From positions 682,001 through 746,000 of the forward strand of contig JAMWBK010000013.1 of assembly GCA_029953675.1 (NCBI GenBank): 64,000 bases of DNA. The letters are read 5' to 3'. Under the pieces are notes generated by a model. The model was not told the DNA's origin. It did no database searches and saw only the letters and a program-made list of their open reading frames with translations. The translations under genes were made by a program, and so were the position numbers. Of the stretch, positions 60,939 through 64,000 are shown piece after piece (within the stretch, counting starts at the first letter, position 1; every line of letters begins with the position of its first letter). The stretch comes from Rhodosorus marinus CCMP1338 (lineage: Eukaryota; Plantae; Rhodophyta).

Positions 60939-61888
60939 ATGGCACAAGCAGACGACAATCAGACCACATCTTTGGGTCCCGTAGAAGCTTCCAACGGAGA
61001 GAATATCGGGCTCGGGGAGGTTTTGAGAGAGTTTCGTAGGTTTGGCGTGGTCACAGTCGGAGTACCATTCCGGCGCGTTGAGTTGTACAAGCTGGGCGGA
61101 GATTTCTGGGCTAACTTCAAAGCTGTCGGTTCTACAGATGTCCTATCGGATGTGTTTGAGACAGGGCAACAGCGCTTATCTGTACTTGCTGACTGTCTCC
61201 AGAAACTTGGACACAAGCATGGGCTCTTGCCGATGAAGTCGAGCAGCGAAAGCCAACAGGTCACAACCTCCGAATTTTGTAGAAGCGTCGATCGAACCAT
61301 GCGCGCCTCAAGTCCGCTGCAACAGGAGAGCAACGAGCTCACGAAATTGGGAGATGACGTCATGGAGATAGATATATTTAATGAGTGTTCTGCAGCGCTT
61401 GAGCAGGAACCGAATCCCGATGACGTGCGTCTCAAGGGCAGGATGCAACTGCCGCCGCCGGGCTATGTTCCTCAAGAGTTTTCTTCCGTATCAACAGAGA
61501 GGACGTCGATGACATATCCTTCTCTAGATGCCAATGTGACCTGCGAAAACAGGCCAAACATCAAAAGATACGACGATAACGCCTGCCTTTGCTGTCTTCT
61601 GCCAGTGGACATTTTTGAGCACGCCTTCTCCATGCCCTGCTGCACTGGCAATGCTCACTTATCATGTGTGATTCGCACGATCGGTGCGTTCAATGGCGGC
61701 ACTTTTCGGGCGCTTCTGAGTCCCGACTGGGCTCACAAACACATCGGCTATTCCTTCTTGTGCGTCAAGCAGAGATGCGATGCACTGCCAAGAGATGCCC
61801 AAGGTGCCAGCAACCTTTCAGTACCCATCTGACGGAAAAGGTTGATCGACAGCGGCGATTGGTCAAGAAGATGTACAAGCCCCACTGA
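60939..61888 (+). CDS. C-terminal RING-type zinc-finger protein, 2 exons
   Basis: CLCC..PCCTGNAHLSC..|..RCPRC gives C-x2-C-x14-CC-x3-H-x2-C-x12-C-x2-C after splicing out an intron at about 61684-61773; N-terminal region not recognised. Confidence 0.72.
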
Positions 61889-61980
61889 AAGCAAGCACGC
61901 TGTCTATGAAATCCAGAATCTTGTGGTACCTTCTATCTTTTCCCCTCCAAAAACGAATGTTCTTGCGGTCATCGAAGAAG

Positions 61981-62526
61981 TTATCCGGGGCTCGAATCCG
62001 ACGTGTCTGTCGCCACATCAGAGTCGTCGGATGAGAGCAGTTGGTTAATGTCTTCAGCGCACTGGATCAGGCTCCCCTCCGTATGTTCAAGCCAATTGGT
62101 CACATCGCCTAGAGGTTTGAGTTCGGTGGCTAGACTATGGACGATCGAAACCCATTGCTTACTCTCCAGCTGAAATTTGCTGATCTCGCTTTCCACAGTC
62201 TTCAAGTCGCCCTCTAATTCTTTCTCCGCTTCATAAACCTGTCGCACACAAGCTCTGCGGTGAATACCAATCGCGGAAGGGAAAACTTGCAAAAGGAACC
62301 TTTTGCAAGTTTTAAGGGCGAACAAACGATACAAAGTAGTACTATCAAGCAACCAAAAAACAACGAACTTCTCGAAACGTACCTTCCTGCCGGTTTCATT
62401 AACTCCCCTCCACAACTCATCCGTCAGCTTTTCACTCGCAGCTATCGCGCGTTTAAGCTTTTCCTTCACCTCAGCTTCCCTTTTCTTTTTTCCTTGCTTT
62501 CCTTCTTTCAATTGTACAGAAAGCAT
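61981..62526 (-). CDS. BLOC1S1: BLOC-1 subunit 1 (BLOS1/GCN5L1), 2 exons
   Basis: MLSVQLKE..KLKRAIAASEKLTDELWRGVNETGRK|VYEAEKELEGDLKTVESEISKFQLESKQWVSIVHSLATELKPLGDVTNWLEH matches the remembered BLOS1 pattern (MLS..LKE..A..A...LT.AL...N....Y....L....F..QW.......LKE.GDV.NW); intron 62239-62382. Confidence 0.85.
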   Translation of the reverse strand: MLSVQLKEGKQGKKKREAEVKEKLKRAIAASEKLTDELWRGVNETGRKVRFEKFVVFWLLDSTTLYRLFALKTCKRFLLQVFPSAIGIHRRACVRQVYEAEKELEGDLKTVESEISKFQLESKQWVSIVHSLATELKPLGDVTNWLEHTEGSLIQCAEDINQLLSSDDSDVATDTSDSSPG

Positions 62527-63185
62527 CTTATGTCGTCTTGCAGAAATCAGTTCATTCCTCCGATACCGATTCTTCAGCCCTAGTGTCCCACCCCAATGCC
62601 TCAAAACTCCGTCCTGGAGTTGCCTGCCTAAAGAGCCGTGCAGAGGAGATGCCCAGGAGCGTTCTGCTAGGACTAGTGATGGTGGCAAGGTAGTCGATGT
62701 ATTCGCTGCTGACTTGCTGCTCAGAGTAGCATCATGGAGATACACTTAAGCGATCCCAAAAGATTGCTCGGTGCGAAGCTGCCAAGGTGCTTGCCCAGCA
62801 GCTCTCTAGTCAGCTCGTATGCAAAGCAGCTCCATGTACTCCAGAAAAGGAAAAAAAGCTACTTGCAGGATTCTGGAGCGGCCTAGTCAGTCTTTAGACC
62901 TCGCTTTAGACATTCTAAGACTGATAATGGAACAGTTAGAACCTTTTGCTCTTGATAGCTGATCGGGCTGCAGGCTGTGCCGCTCTCCTCCTCCAACGCA
63001 AACTCCCACTCGATATCAGCGGAACATTTCTTGTGGTTGGGGGACAGCGTTGTCTTTTTCTATACGCCATCTGGGAGGCGAACCTAGTCCGTTTAAACCT
63101 CATTCGCAAACCTTTGGGCTAGGTTTGAGCATACAACTTCACCACTATGCCGCTTTCACCAGACGCATCCCGACAATTCCGCCCA

Positions 63186-63523
63186 TTTCGCGCCAATTTT
63201 TCATGGTTAAATCGCTCCCAAATAAATTGAAATCAATACAAGATAACCAATGATTTTCCCATAAAAAGATAAAAATGAAATAAAACAAGAAATAACGCGG
63301 GAAATATATTTCCCGATTATTAACAAATTCATCAAATTTAAGCCAATAAAAAAGAATGCCGCAATATAAACCAATAATAATTGGATATAAATACATGAAT
63401 AATAGTTTAATTAAATTAATGATATTTTATTTTATGTTAAAGGTAATATCCATGGGGGAAGAAACTTTCTACGGCTACTGAATTTTGGATGATGTAGGGT
63501 TTTCCTTCCCGCGCGCGGGAAGG
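63186..63523. promoter_or_regulatory. Cluster of E2F-type sites upstream of MCM7
   Basis: TTTCGCGCCAA at 63186-63196; TTTCCCGCG on the minus strand at 63296-63304; perfect 20-bp palindrome CCTTCCCGCGCGCGGGAAGG at 63504-63523. Confidence 0.65.
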
Positions 63524-63829
63524 CAATCTGATAAGTATTTTGCTGAAAGCAATAGAGGAATGGCGTCGCTCTATCGGATGATAAGACAAGTTGGATGACC
63601 AGCGACTTGTTTTGTGGAATACCTAGTTCGGAAGTTATGGGTGACGGGAGGTTTTATAGGTTTCAGGATGAAAGGGTCTTGGGCTTGAGGGAACTTGGCT
63701 GAGGATGAAGTTGAAGCTTCTAGGGGAGTTGATTCTGTAGGAGTTGGGTGGTGTGGGTGGTGAAATAGTTTACCATTCCCCCTTTTTTTTGTTTTTGTTC
63801 TTGTTTTGTTGGTTTTGGGGGGAGGAGGT

Positions 63830-64000
63830 ATGGCCACGGAGGGGGTGAAGGGGCTGAACTATCAGCTTCTGGAAGATCGATGTTTGGAGTTTCTTCGGGA
63901 CTTTAGGACTCATGGTGAGTCCCAGTCCGAGTCGCAGGATGATCAGTTTAAGTACATGTCGCAGCTGCAAAAGATTGTGGATCGACAGGAGACAGTGCTC
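63830..64000 (+). CDS. MCM7: DNA replication licensing factor MCM7, N-terminal fragment (continues past the window)
   Basis: MATEGVKGLNYQLLEDRCLEFLRDF..QFKYMSQLQKIVDRQETVL resembles the MCM7 N-terminus (DY..EK..FL..F....FKY..QL...A.REQ..L); upstream E2F sites are consistent. Confidence 0.75.
   Translation, partial: MATEGVKGLNYQLLEDRCLEFLRDFRTHGESQSESQDDQFKYMSQLQKIVDRQETVL

Overview
Eukaryotic nuclear DNA, gene-dense, with many short GT-AG introns (about 45-290 nt). A FKBP carrying an 'MDSGFV..' plastid transit peptide plus a twin-Arg lumen signal, with no preceding ER signal, points to an alga with a primary plastid, most consistent with a red alga (inference). About 21 protein-coding genes are supported: two paralogous PH-domain CaMK-like kinases, a MOSC/mARC-like protein, ALYREF, DCAF11, a DEK-C/2xSWIB protein, RCC2, 2-oxoglutarate dehydrogenase E1, neuroguidin/Lcp5, a thylakoid FKBP, an atypical two-DBD E2F (DEL), MED9, acetoacetyl-CoA synthetase, an unusual PWWP-TFIIS fusion, HVA22/REEP, a COG0523 GTPase, a RING protein, BLOC1S1, the start of MCM7 and two hypothetical proteins. 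There are also at least two degenerate Ty1/copia relics, a perfect 68-bp palindrome, a long hairpin, a duplicated exon, a 20-bp tandem repeat and clustered E2F sites. No rRNA, tRNA, snRNA or CRISPR array was recognised. The most striking item is the PWWP + coiled-coil + complete TFIIS protein (40756-43906). All identifications come from manual translation and remembered motifs, not database searches; exon boundaries are manual estimates.
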